Position numbers and translations under genes: made by a program
The notes under the pieces: generated by a model
Told to the model about the DNA's origin: nothing
Database searches by the model: none
What the model saw: only the letters and a program-made list of their open reading frames with translations
Source: Paraspadella gotoi
Taxonomy: Eukaryota > Animalia > Chaetognatha
DNA: 64,000 nt
Assembly: GCA_051294375.1 (NCBI GenBank)
Contig: JBJCIZ010000042.1
Location: forward strand, 62,001 to 126,000
Direction of reading: 5' to 3'
Shown here: positions 13,375-24,599 of the stretch, piece after piece
How the letters are laid out: the number at the start of each line of letters is the position of its first letter
Numbering within the stretch: position 1 is the stretch's first letter

Positions 13375-13945
13375 CGCATCACATTTTTCTAACTAGCATC
13401 ATTTTTTAACTTGCCATCATTTTTTCACCTTGCATAATTTTTTCAACTTGCATAATTTTTTCAACCTGCAATAATTTTTTCACCTTGCATAGCATTTTTA
13501 AACTTGCATCATTTTTTCAAATTTGCATCAATTTTTATTAACTTGCATCATTTTTTAACTTGCATTATTAATTTTAACTTGCATCAATTTTTTCAACATT
13601 CTTAATTTTTTCAATTTGCTTCATTTTTACAACTTGCTACATTTTTTTCAACTTACATAATTTTTTCAACCTTGCATAATTTTCTTTTTTAACTTGCAAT
13701 CGTTTTTTCACAACTCACATTAATTTTTTTAACTTGCATCATTTTTTAACTTGCATCATTTTTACAAAACTTGCATCATTTTTTCATTCTTTTATCATTT
13801 TTTTAACCTGCATCATTTTTTCAACTTGCACCTTTTTTTTAAAACTTGTCATTTTTTCAACTTGTATCATTCTTTCAATTTGCATCATTCTTTAACTTGC
13901 ACCTTCTCTTTTAACTTGTATAATTTTTTTTCAATTGAATCATTT
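13375..13945. repeat. Minisatellite (AACTTGCATCATTTTTT)n, ~18-bp unit, internal to a HINE
   Basis: About 30 visible tandem units. The same array occurs inverted at 14795-15180 and at 37110-37195 / 37900-38290. Confidence 0.9.
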
Positions 13946-13959
13946 TTTCCCTTAAATAA

Positions 13960-14792
13960 TTAATTAATTATTTAATTAAACATTCATGAGTAAGCATAAA
14001 TAATTAGAATTTAAGTCAATTTGACTTTGGTTTTTCTCATGCAAACTCATTTCCCGTCCTTGATAAAACGCTGCAATCACACACTTTCCTACCCTCACCC
14101 AAAATTTCATCCCATTGTAATCCTTCCATATTAAGAATAAATCGATTAATTATGGATTAAAAAAATAATAAAAAGGGCACTTTTTTCCATCGATACCGCC
14201 CCTGCGCGGCTCCTTAAGCAGTGAACTTCAAAACACAGCACAAAATCGTATCTTTTGCTGGCTTCCATCATCCACTCCCTTCGAAGTCGCTCTCACCCTC
14301 TGCAACTGCTTCTCATCGTGTCAAATTATCGTCGTTGTTTCTGTCGATCTCAATCTCACAACCAATGGAGTCACGCCACAAAGCCAGAATTTTTTTTATT
14401 GTCAAAGTAGCATAGGGATACAGACAACCTAATCCCTAACCGTATCCCTAATGCCTAACCCTAATCTCTACTCTAATCTAACCTTATCCCTAACAAAAAA
14501 CCATAACAATTACAACCATCGTTTTCAATTATTGTCGTTTTTGTCGATCCCGATCTGAACTTTGAGTCATCCAGGCAGAGAGAGCGAGAGGAGATTCGCT
14601 GCTCTGTCATACGGCAAAGGGGTACGAAGAGTAATTGTAGCCATTATTCGATTCGAGTAATTATGAGTTAAAATTATTGAAATTAAAAGACAAAGTCTTG
14701 ATACAAGCAACAATTTTATTTTATTGTACAGACAAGTTTCGGCTTCCATTCAAGCCTTCAATCGTGCTTTTTTTGACACAATTCACAATTTT
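13960..14792 (-). repeat. Inverted copy of 2705-3550 (HINE body with nested MITE and PLE fragment)
   Basis: Continuous reverse-complement match, including a corrupted hammerhead copy at ~14730-14768. Confidence 0.85.
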
Positions 14793-14794
14793 AG

Positions 14795-15543
14795 TTGTAA
14801 AAATGATGCAAGTTAAAAAATGATGCAAGTTATAAAAATAATGTGAGTTGAAAAACGATGCGAGTTTAAAAAATTATGCAAGTTGAAAAAATTATGTAAG
14901 TTGAAAAAGTGAAGCAAGTTGTAAAAATGAAGCAAATTGAAAAAATTAAGCAAGTTGAAAAAAATTTGATGCAAGTTAAAATTAATAATGCAAGTTAAAA
15001 AAATGATGCAAGTTAAAAAAAATGATACAAATTTGAAAAATGATGCAAGTTTAAAAATGTATGCAAAGTGAAAAAATTATGCAGGTTGAAAAAAATTATG
15101 CAAGTTGAAAAAAATGATGCAAGGTGAAAAAATGATGCAAGTTGAAAAAATGATGCTAGTTAGAAAAATGATGCGAGTAAAATAAAAGATTAAAGTGGAA
15201 AAAATAATAATAGTTAAAAAAATTATTTGTACTTTATTTGTAATTATTCTACTATAGTATTTATTTATTTATCTGATTACCGCTTAATTATCGTGGGCAG
15301 ATCCGACATTGTTTGCTCAAACTTAATAAAAAGTAACTACTCAGACAGAATGTCAGGGCAGAAGATGGGTGTATTTTTAACCTCTTGTGTTTAAGATGCT
15401 GTAGCTCTAGAATTACTGGACCGATTTTCTTTTAAGTTACACATGGATTTCTCATATTTTTTTAGAAAACATATATGCAAGGCCCATAAATTAAAGCTAA
15501 AAAGTATTCTCGGTTTTTGGCAGATCTTCAAAAATGTTTTTCT
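14795..15543 (+). repeat. Inverted duplicate of the family A insertion locus, lacking the element (empty site)
   Basis: Reverse complement of 13305-13770 joined directly to 5020-5320, with a single GTAG (ctac at 15249-15252). Confidence 0.85.
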
Positions 15544-15643
15544 NNNNNNNNNNNNNNNNNNNNNNNNNNNNNNNNNNNNNNNNNNNNNNNNNNNNNNNNN
15601 NNNNNNNNNNNNNNNNNNNNNNNNNNNNNNNNNNNNNNNNNNN

Positions 15644-18600
15644 GCATTGCAGCTCGTGCGGCTTATACTGTTCTAGGATAGAAGCAATTGTCTGCGGTTC
15701 CGTTGCATACGTCGATATGTTGTTGTTAACGGCGGAGAGATCGCAGATGAGTCGCCATTGTTTTGCGAATGTTTCGTCGTTCATCTCATCCTGTCCTTCA
15801 GCAATGTGGCCTGGTTTTTTTATCAGAAACGCATTTGAATATGCTTCGTTTCTTGTGCTCGACACTATGCCTGCCTTTTCGTATACTTCGAGGTATCTTT
15901 TTAGTGCGGCCTTTTTTACTGGGNNNNNNNNNNNNNNNNNNNNNNNNNNNNNNNNNNNNNNNNNNNNNNNCCTTGGCAGTTCGCGAATCTTACGGTTTGG
16001 GCAGGTCGTCAGTGGTGTATCCCAAGGTCCACCTTATAAATAATTGAAGGAAACCCTCTTTGCAATCATTTATCGTACTCCCAAAGAACAGTACACCAAG
16101 AATAATTGATACCACAATACAATAGCGTTCCCATACATAAACAGTAGACACTGCACCTTATGATCCTAGACGGAAAGAGACGGACACCGATTCAAACCGA
16201 TTAACTTTGAATAGTTATTAGGAAGCTTCCTATTCCAAGACACAAGAAGGCGATACAATATCTTTATTGTGCACTATTTTACTGTCAGAGGCATCCTCAC
16301 TAACAAGAACTACAAGTCTCTGAATATGATACGTGCCATTCGAGCTATAGATCAGGGTTAATATGCAATGAACAATATAGACACATATCTCCTTCCGAGG
16401 TATCTTTTTAGTGCGGCCTTTTTTACTGGGCCTTGGTTCGCGAATCTCGGTTTGGGCAGGTCGTCAGTGGTGTATCCAAGGTCCACTTTATAATTGAGGA
16501 AACCCTCTTTGCAATCATTTATCGTCTCCCCAAAGACGTCACGATATTCCCATACTACTTCCCATACTAAGTGTGCTTTGTCCTGGAGAGACGGGTCAAC
16601 GTCTTTGAAAGGTTTTAGGAAAGCTTCTTTTCCGCGGGCGTCATGTTTTTGTTGCCTTTTTTGTCGGGCCTCCTCGACTGCTTTAATTTCTGCTTCTGTC
16701 GGTTTATGATGAACAATTGTAGTGGCCGGGATGTTTTCCTTTCTCACCTTTCTAAGTACGGGTTTTTCTCCAGTTAGGTCTGCTTGCACTGGTTCCGCTG
16801 TGGAACCAGTTTCCAAGTTCAACTCAGCTTTTGCCTCGTTTGTAATCAGAGGTCTTGCCAGTCCCCAGGGTCCTGGGCTTGTATCGAGATCGATGCCCTC
16901 CCTTAGCTGGTCTCCATCAGCGACGTGTATATTTTCTCCGTCAGTGGATTCAATTATCCATCGTGTACCAGCAAGGGTTTTCCAGTAGGGTCTGGTGGAA
17001 GTCAATTTGGTCTTTCCGTCTGCATCGTGCTCGGCATGTATTGGGACTGTGATGTGTTCGTCAACATTTCCCCGGGCCAGCCATCTGGCGGCCTTTAAGG
17101 CTTCGTACTTGTCACGAAAAAGATGGGTCACGGGTTTATTTCCCATGGACGCTATCTGTAAGTCTTGCCTTTGGTCGGATGGTTGAACTACCCACAACTG
17201 GTCCGGGGGTCCAGGGTTCGTGATCGCCGTTCCAATGATGACATCTTGGTCGTTTTCGTCTGCAGAGACGTAGAAGACCGTTTTCAAGATCCATTTTTGA
17301 AACATAATTCTGAGATTTATTCTCTCGGTGAGAGTTATGGTCCCTGTGGCCGTTGATAATCGCAGTGGAGTTCCGTGATAAATTTGTTTAGACAGGGCCC
17401 ATTTTTCAACAAATTTTCGTGGAACGGTATTGACGGATGCCCCTGTATCGTACAGGCAGCTGGCCGGTGCTCCTGCAATGACCGCTGGTATATAGCTGTT
17501 TTTTCCTGTATGACACGTTCTGGCAGTGTCATCCCTGGGTTCGGGTCCTTGGTTGCTTTTGATGTTGTTTGTCATGCTTTCAGGTAGATTTGGTAAGTCC
17601 CTCTCGTCTTTGGTAGTGTCTGGCATTGGTTTTGGTTGTAGAAAATGCTCTGGTTGGTGACATTCTAGTTCCACTCGTCTGATGGTTGCCTGGTGAAGTG
17701 ATTCGCCTGATTGTTTTCCGGAGATGATTTCGTAAGTTGGGTTGTTCTTATCTCCAGCTGGTCGGAGTTTCCTGAGGGAGGGTCTTCCCTCTCGTTTTGC
17801 TGGGTTTGGCCTGCCTTTTTGCCTGATTTGGGCTTTTATTGGCTCCTCTTCTTGTGGCTGGGGTTGGTATGGGTCGTTATTAAACTCAACCAGGTTTGAC
17901 CGGTTTGCTTTTCTGACCAGCTTTTCGCAGGCTTTCGACCTCGTAATGATGGCCTTTTTTCCTGCCTGGTCGGCTTTGGTCCAGTCAGTCCATCCCATCT
18001 TGTGAAGGTGTTTGTTGGCGAGAGCTTTTTCATCAGCATCAAGGGGTTTCAAAAGCTTGTACATCCGGGACGCGGTGGATTTGCCCCTTAGCTTATTTGC
18101 TATATAAGCTAGGTCTTTGATTTTGTCTCTGTTTTCCTGTTTTACTTGTTGCGTGTTTTTATCATTTATCTTTTTTCCTAGATTTTGGTAAGCTTCCTTG
18201 AGTTGCTGGTCCAGCTTGCTTTTTAAATCTTTTTTTGCTGAGGTGCTTTTATGTTTTGCTGTCTCGCTTTTTTTATCTTTATGCATTACGCGGAAATAAT
18301 CAGAATCGTATTTATTAGCGTCATCGGCAGAGTCGATATCAAGTTCATTAGATACATCTACAATATCACGCCTTCTTCCAAAGTGTTGGGGTTTTCTTTC
18401 TTTTCTGTCATCGCGCCAGCTTGGTTTCCTTTCATTTTTCCAATCCCGGCTCTTCTCATATTTTTTTTCAAAATTACGGTTTGGGCTGCGGCATTCTCGA
18501 CGTTCGAAGAGCGGGTGCTCTGTTGATTTGGGCGTCGTAGCGTTGTCCAAATCATCTTATTCAGCTCCTTGATCTTCCTCGTTCATAGTTATTCATCTTC

Positions 18601-20445
18601 CTGCAGCAACCGTCCTTTGGTAGAAGCTGTGGGCGCTGCCTGCTGGGGTCTTTGTCAGTTTGAGCGCTTTCTGACGAGAGCATTGATAGCTTCTCTTGTC
18701 ATCATCTGAGACAGTCTGACGAGTTTCCCTGATGGGAGTTGTGCCGTCGTTTCTCAGTACCGCGCAATTCTGAATTCGATGCTTTTCCCGAGCGTCTTCG
18801 TCATCTCTCTTTCCAACATTTGGGTCCCTCCCAGAGGTTTCGGCGGTTATCCGGGCACGTAGGGTTCGAGGCCTCCACCAAGCATCTGAAGCCTACATAG
18901 TCTGGTATGGAGGCCCTATCCGCTTCTCCATCACCGTCTCAAAAGTTTTCTTTGGCGGACGTTTACCAGAGCGAGGACGTATTTCGCGTGAAACCTGAGG
19001 ATTGACTTCAACTTACGCTTGCGCGAGGGCTCGGCGATGCCTCCACGAGGAGTTTTCCTCGCAACAGAGGCGGCGCAATCCCAGCCACCATGGGACTAGG
19101 TTTATATGGTTCCAGGAATCTGCTTGCTGAATCCTTAATCTCCAGGGCCAGGAGGCGCGCGCAGCTGCTTAGATCTACTTTGTGCCGGTGTTTGCGGGAG
19201 TCCTTAAAGCTTCGTAAAAGCTACGAAGGAAATCTTCCGGAGCTTCGTGCGCCTCTCCACTCTTTGTTTCGAGCTTGATATGGGCCTGCTCGACGAGGGT
19301 GTAAAGAGGGCGGGTCGGCCTTCTCCTGCTTTCGTGAGGATTATCCATCGGGCGACGATTGTAACTCACCTGTTGACCATGTTAGGGTTGGTGAAAGGTC
19401 CACGTGGTTGTCCTGTGGCGACGGAAGGCGGCGAGAGGCAGCTGGGACTCAGGGGTAAGGGTTGGATTGGAGGGGGCGTGTATTGTAGACAGTTGTGTTG
19501 GCCGTATGTTGATGTCAACGGTAGTTGTCACGAGCATCATTGATTTTCACTCATCTCATGGATGTCGTCCATATTATGAGAGCCTAAGAGTTTGCTCTTC
19601 GTCTCCCCTCGAACACTTGTTCATCTTGCATGATTTTGATCGGTTTTTTAGATTGGCATTAGGTTTATGAGCGTCAAGGATTTGACAGCGTCGCTTCCGC
19701 CTGGTGGTGATCCTTATATGCATTCATCTAGTGAGCTCCCGTAGAGGTCGAAGGTGTGAAAATTCAGGTCCAACATAGGTAGGCTGCTACCAGCTTCAAT
19801 CATGCTTGGCGAGCGCATCAATAGGGTGGATATGCAGCCGCGGCAAGAGCCTTTTCCATCGAGGCTAGCGATGGCAAGGAACTGAGGGAATGGTTGGAGC
19901 CCGGAATCCATTTCGTGAGGGGATAGACGATGGTCGTAGTGGATACATATGCATGTTGACATCTTCTTTTTGGAGACGAGTCGGACGAAATTGTCCGTAG
20001 TCCACTACCATGTCACGCAGAAGATTATTAAGTAAAGAAGACAGGGATTATCAGCATGAAACCAAAAGTGGAAATTTATTTACAGAAAGATAGATAGAAG
20101 AACGGTGTCAATATTTGGACAGAATGAATCAAAGCAGAAATACAGAGGCTATTATCATAATGTGGCAAGTAGACGAACCAGATTCCTACTTCGGAATCCT
20201 CCCTACATTCCTCTTTCTCGGAAGCACCTTCTCGATATTCGCTCACTTAGAACATCCGGAAATCTAGAGTGGTCTCCTTGTACTGGCATTTGGCAATGAT
20301 CGACTGAAATTTGTCCCGTTCACGACTGATAAATCAAGATATGCCACAGAAGGTAGAGTCTGTCCCTCCTAGTTCCAGGAATCCGTCTGCCACCTTATAG
20401 TCCTTGGTCCATCTGTTTCCGGGTTTCATTCAATGGACTGTGACC
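15644..20445 (-). mobile_element. Family A partial copy (5' LTR to RT)
   Basis: Degraded LTR at ~20025-20445, gag, and RT fragments up to the gap. 15880-16080 duplicates 16395-16560. Confidence 0.9.
16395..18550 (-). CDS. Family A Gag C-terminus + aspartic protease + RT start (730-aa open segment)
   Basis: ASCLYDTGASVNT and DVIIG protease motifs, then WEYRDVF pre-RT motif. Shows gag and pol in one frame. Confidence 0.85.
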
Positions 20446-20669
20446 TGATAGAAGCTAGGATACAGAATATACTAAATATAAGGCGTATAGTTATATTACA
20501 TAACGATTATCATATTGTATTGTAGTTACTGAGCCACCACCACCACCTATGACCCCCTACTCCATATCCGTTGTGCTATTCACGGGTTGTGGAAAGAGTA
20601 AAGACCCCAGAAAGCCGTATTATATTTAATATAATATCTATTTAATATTTAATCAAGTACTAACTCACC

Positions 20670-21000
20670 TCCTCCGACGACCCTTCATTCGTAAATGTTA
20701 GGGAATGTGCGTTTCGGAGTCGTGTCATTTTTATGAGCCACTTCGTCGCCGCACTTCGCCTCTCTGCCGAAATTCATCGTAAAAAGTTCTAAAACGAAAA
20801 ATAACAGATAACTATTTTAATGAATTACAGGACATTCTGTATATATATTAGGCAGATTAATATTGTGAATTGTCTGAATGACGATTTGAGTTTCCTCAAT
20901 CTCATTTGCCATATTGTTCGTATTTTGAATTAAGCCTTTGATAAATAACTCATGTTCTATTACCTAAAGGTTTAATATAATTATTTTACATTAGTAAATT
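20670..21000 (-). pseudogene. Probable hAT transposase C-terminal dimerization domain remnant
   Basis: Minus-strand SAERRSAATKWLIKMTRLRNAHS (20703-20770) resembles the hAT motif saERsFS.lk.IKtrLRn. It is preceded by an open stretch ending IHNINLPNIYTECP. Confidence 0.5.
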
Positions 21001-21617
21001 TCATAGTTTAATTCTGTGGTTCCGTTACATAGCTAATAATTAATGCTTTAATTGTCATAATGCTAAGTATTATTACTTTCAACATATTCTATGTGATTCN
21101 NNNNNNNNNNNNNNNNNNNNNNNNNNNNNNNNNNNNNNNNNNNNNNNNNNNNNNNNNNNNNNNNNNNNNNNNNNNNNNNNNNNNNNNNNNNNNNNNNNNC
21201 TGCATCACAGCTAGCTGGCGAAGAACTGTCAACACAACAAATATATGGAAAAAATTTGCGCGTTATTTGCTTACTCCCGGCAGAGGGTTTATAAATATTT
21301 CAAATTGAAAACAAATCATTCCTTTTACTTCACGGCAAACTTTGCCCTCCATAGTTAATTTAATTTCAAGGTGACATGCGATAACAATGCACTGATCGCC
21401 GACCGTGGCTCCGAATGCTGCCTTTGTACTTAAATCTAGCGGCACGTGCGCACTGCGCGCAAACGCGCGCGTTTCGCGCCCGCGAAATAAAGACTGACTG
21501 TCTAGCTCGTCTCTCCCTCTTCATGATACGAATTGGTGAATAAATAAAAATGTAAAAAAATATACTTACTGAGTTGAGTTTTCGTGGCCGGACGGGTTCA
21601 TTACATGAAAAGCCACA

Positions 21618-21845
21618 GAACAAGGAGCATGACCCGGTTACGCGTTTCCATGACAACGCGGCACGGCGCGTGTAGAAAAAATCAACTTGGCCTAGTTTCT
21701 AGTCGGTGAGAACGTGGATGTAAATGGGAGGAAAAATCAAACTTGACCTAGTTGCCTCCACATTACAAGGAACATGACCCGGTTACGCGTTTCCATGACA
21801 GCGCGACACGGCGCGTGTAAAAAAAAAATCAACTTGACCTAGTTG
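21618..21845. repeat. ~80-bp direct repeat pair
   Basis: acaagga.catgacccggttacgcgtttccatgaca...aaatcaacttg.cctagtt at ~21620 and ~21765. Confidence 0.85.
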
Positions 21846-23074
21846 TCTCCGGGCGGGATCGTTACGCGTAAAGCTACGTGTAAAAGAAGTCCAGAGTAAA
21901 CAATGTTCGATCGACTTGACCTAAATGTCACCGTCGTCGCAAGGCGACGAGTAAATTGCAAGGGAAAACGAATTTCGGAGGCCCCGCGTGAAAATGGTTG
22001 ACTTTTGGATGCCTTTAAATTTTGAATGATATTTGAATAATATTTGAGTGACATTTGAATGATATTTGAATGATTGATTACAAATACATGTTGCATGCCC
22101 CGCCGGCTGCGGCAAAATCGGAGGACAGAAGAACGGAAATACGGACGTGGAAGAGGTCGTCAAGAATAATCTTGTGTCGTTGAACGCCATCCTCGCCCGT
22201 TTGGAAGAAGTCAAGCTCCGCCTCAACCAGCTGGAACCGCACGGCGGAAAGCTGCATCAGTTTGAGCTTGAGAGCGCTCTCGCCATTCCCAGGGACGCCC
22301 TCGCCCTCCCGAGGCACTTCGGATTCTGAGCCGCGCCCACTTCCGGGTCCCGCCCTACAATCCCATGACCGACGACGTAGTACATTAGAATGCAGAGAAA
22401 AGGAGGCGGCTGTGCCTCGCAAAAAAATCTTCAAAATAAAAAAAAAACTATTTACGCACCTATATTACGCATGCGCTGGGAGAGAAGAAGGACCTGATTG
22501 AGAAAGGCGGCGCGGCCACGCCCCCTGCCTTCAGCCTCCAATGACCGGGATATATAGGGGATGTATGTAACGCTCCGCACAGGCACTCAGCATCCACTGA
22601 ATAATTGATTTTTTTGCGTATATATATTTTTTTTTTTTTCTCTTTCTCTTATGTTTTTGTTTTTTTTAAGCTTATGATGTTGCTCATATTAATGATGATT
22701 GTGATATTTTTTTTTTCATGATGATACCTATGATGCCCCTGGTGATACTGCTTCCCAGGTTTTGTGATAATTGCGTTGATTCGTCTCAGCTTGCCAATGA
22801 TGTGATCTGACGTTGTCCCGTTTGTGATGATTCCTCCCCCCCCCTTTTTTTTTTTTTTCTCTGATTTGTACTTGACTGTTACTGTTTGATGACTTGTAAT
22901 TGACTTTATTCGTTTGGTTTTAATTATGTGCATGATTGTTAGTTTCCCCCCCATGTTGACACGCTTGCATCACGCTTTCCATGCACTGAGACTCACCTTT
23001 GACCTTCGCACGTGCACGATGCGATCCCATGCCATTCTAGGCACTGGATGCCATCTCGGGCAAAGTATGGGGCG

Positions 23075-23318
23075 CGATGAGGAGGAGGGGTTCAGCCGAA
23101 GGCATCGTCATCCTCCCCTTTCCTCATCCTCTTCTTCTTCGAGCTCGCGGGATTTCGGGGTCCAGGTTTTTAGTTTCGAAAATATTCACTCCACCTTTTT
23201 CCCTCTCTTTAGTCAGACGTACAACTTGTTATTATTTTATTCATCCTTTTCCTCCTTTTCAATAAACGCCTTTTTTCTCTCATTCGAATCTTATTTTGCC
23301 AGAGACATGATTATAGGG
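23075..23318 (+). repeat. Family B LTR (probably a 3' LTR)
   Basis: Matches 55839-56084. Preceded by purine-rich aaagtatgggg plus CG and not followed by the PBS. Confidence 0.85.
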
Positions 23319-23797
23319 CCTCCATACCAGACTATGTAGCTCAGATGCTCAGGCTCAGGCCCTCGAACCCTACGTGCCCGGAATAACCGCCGAAACTCTG
23401 GAGTAGACCCAAATGTTGGAAAGAGGAGAGACGAGACGCCTCGGCAAAGCAATCGAATTCAAATTGCGCGGCTACCTGAAGAAGACGACGGACAACTCCA
23501 TCAGGAAGCTCGTCAAGACTGTCTCAGATGATGACTAAGAGAAGCTCATCAATGCTCTCGTTCAGAAGGGTCAAACAGACAAAGACCCCAGCAGCAGCGC
23601 CACAGCCTTCTACCAAGGGACGGTGCTGGCAGGAGATGAATAACATGAAGCGAGAAGAATCAAGGACTGAAAAGAGATTTGGACAACGCACGACGCCCAA
23701 ATCAACAAGAGCACCGCTTCGAACATCGAGAACGCCGCAGCCCAAACCGTAATTTCGAAAAAAAATATGAGAAGAGCCAGGATTGGAAAAATGAAAT
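23319..23797 (+). mobile_element. Family A gag fragment
   Basis: Matches 6667-7148. Confidence 0.9.
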
Positions 23798-23909
23798 GAA
23801 GGTTAAGACTAGCGAATGTCCGCAACACGTCGGAAAAAAGTCCGCAAAAAAAAAATCTGAAAATAATCTGACGACGTTATAGATTTAATAAAGGGAGAGT
23901 ATCCCTAAT

Positions 23910-24541
23910 GGGGAATGGTTGGGGCTACTAGGCGGGGGTTTAAAGGGGGATTTGAAATTTCGAGTTGCGGACTCGTTGCGGACTCGTTGCGGACTCGTTG
24001 CGGACTCTCTTTTTAATTAAGAGTTGCGGACTCTTTGCGGACTCCTTATCATATTACATTTTATCTGACAAGGAAGATTAAATCTGATTTTAATCTGGCA
24101 AGGCAGACTAAATCTGATTTTAATCTGACAAGGCAGACTAAATCTGATTTTAATCTGACAAGGCAGACTAAATCTGATTTTAATCTGACAAGGCAGACTA
24201 AATCTGATTTTAATATGACAAGGCAGACTAAATCTGATTTTAATCTGACAAGGAAGACTAAATCTGATTTTAATCTGACAAGGCAGATTATATCTGAGAG
24301 AGAATAAATTCAACTTTAATACGAGTCCGCAACGAGTCCGCACAGAGTCCGCAACGAGTCCGCAACGAGTCCGCAACGAGTCCGCAACTCCAAAAAATTG
24401 TTATATCATTTTTAACGAGTCCGCAACGAGTCCGCAACGAGTCCGCAACGAGTCCGCAACGAGTCCGCAACGAGTCCGCAACTTTTGATAATTTTGTGCT
24501 AAATCCCTTTTAAACCCCCGCTAAAAGCCCCAACCTTTCCC
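23910..24541. mobile_element. Palindromic foldback/MITE with 11-bp subterminal repeats and a central 30-bp array
   Basis: gggaatggttggggct..gcgggggtttaaagggggattt is inverted at 24500-24541. (GTTGCGGACTC)n on the left, (GAGTCCGCAAC)n on the right, and (TAATCTGACAAGGCAGACTAAATCTGATTT) x8 at 24061-24300. Confidence 0.7.
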
Positions 24542-24599
24542 TTTTAAAAATATTTTTTTTAATAAATGGTCAATAATTGCAATTTTTAGGGACAAAGCT

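Noticed and set aside
20669-20790. Possible host PH-domain exon bounded by AG/GTGAGT
   Set aside because: Needs indels or contains a stop; LIKxTRLRN fits a hAT dimerization motif better.
21203-21210. CATCACAG identical to the family A LTR start
   Set aside because: The match stops after about 9 nt, next to a gap; insufficient evidence.
24061-24300. Regular 30-bp repeats resembling a CRISPR array, and the repeat ORFs 24017-24376 / 24035-24307
   Set aside because: Head-to-tail tandem units with no unique spacers and no cas genes in a eukaryotic context; the ORFs are by-products of a stop-free 30-mer.
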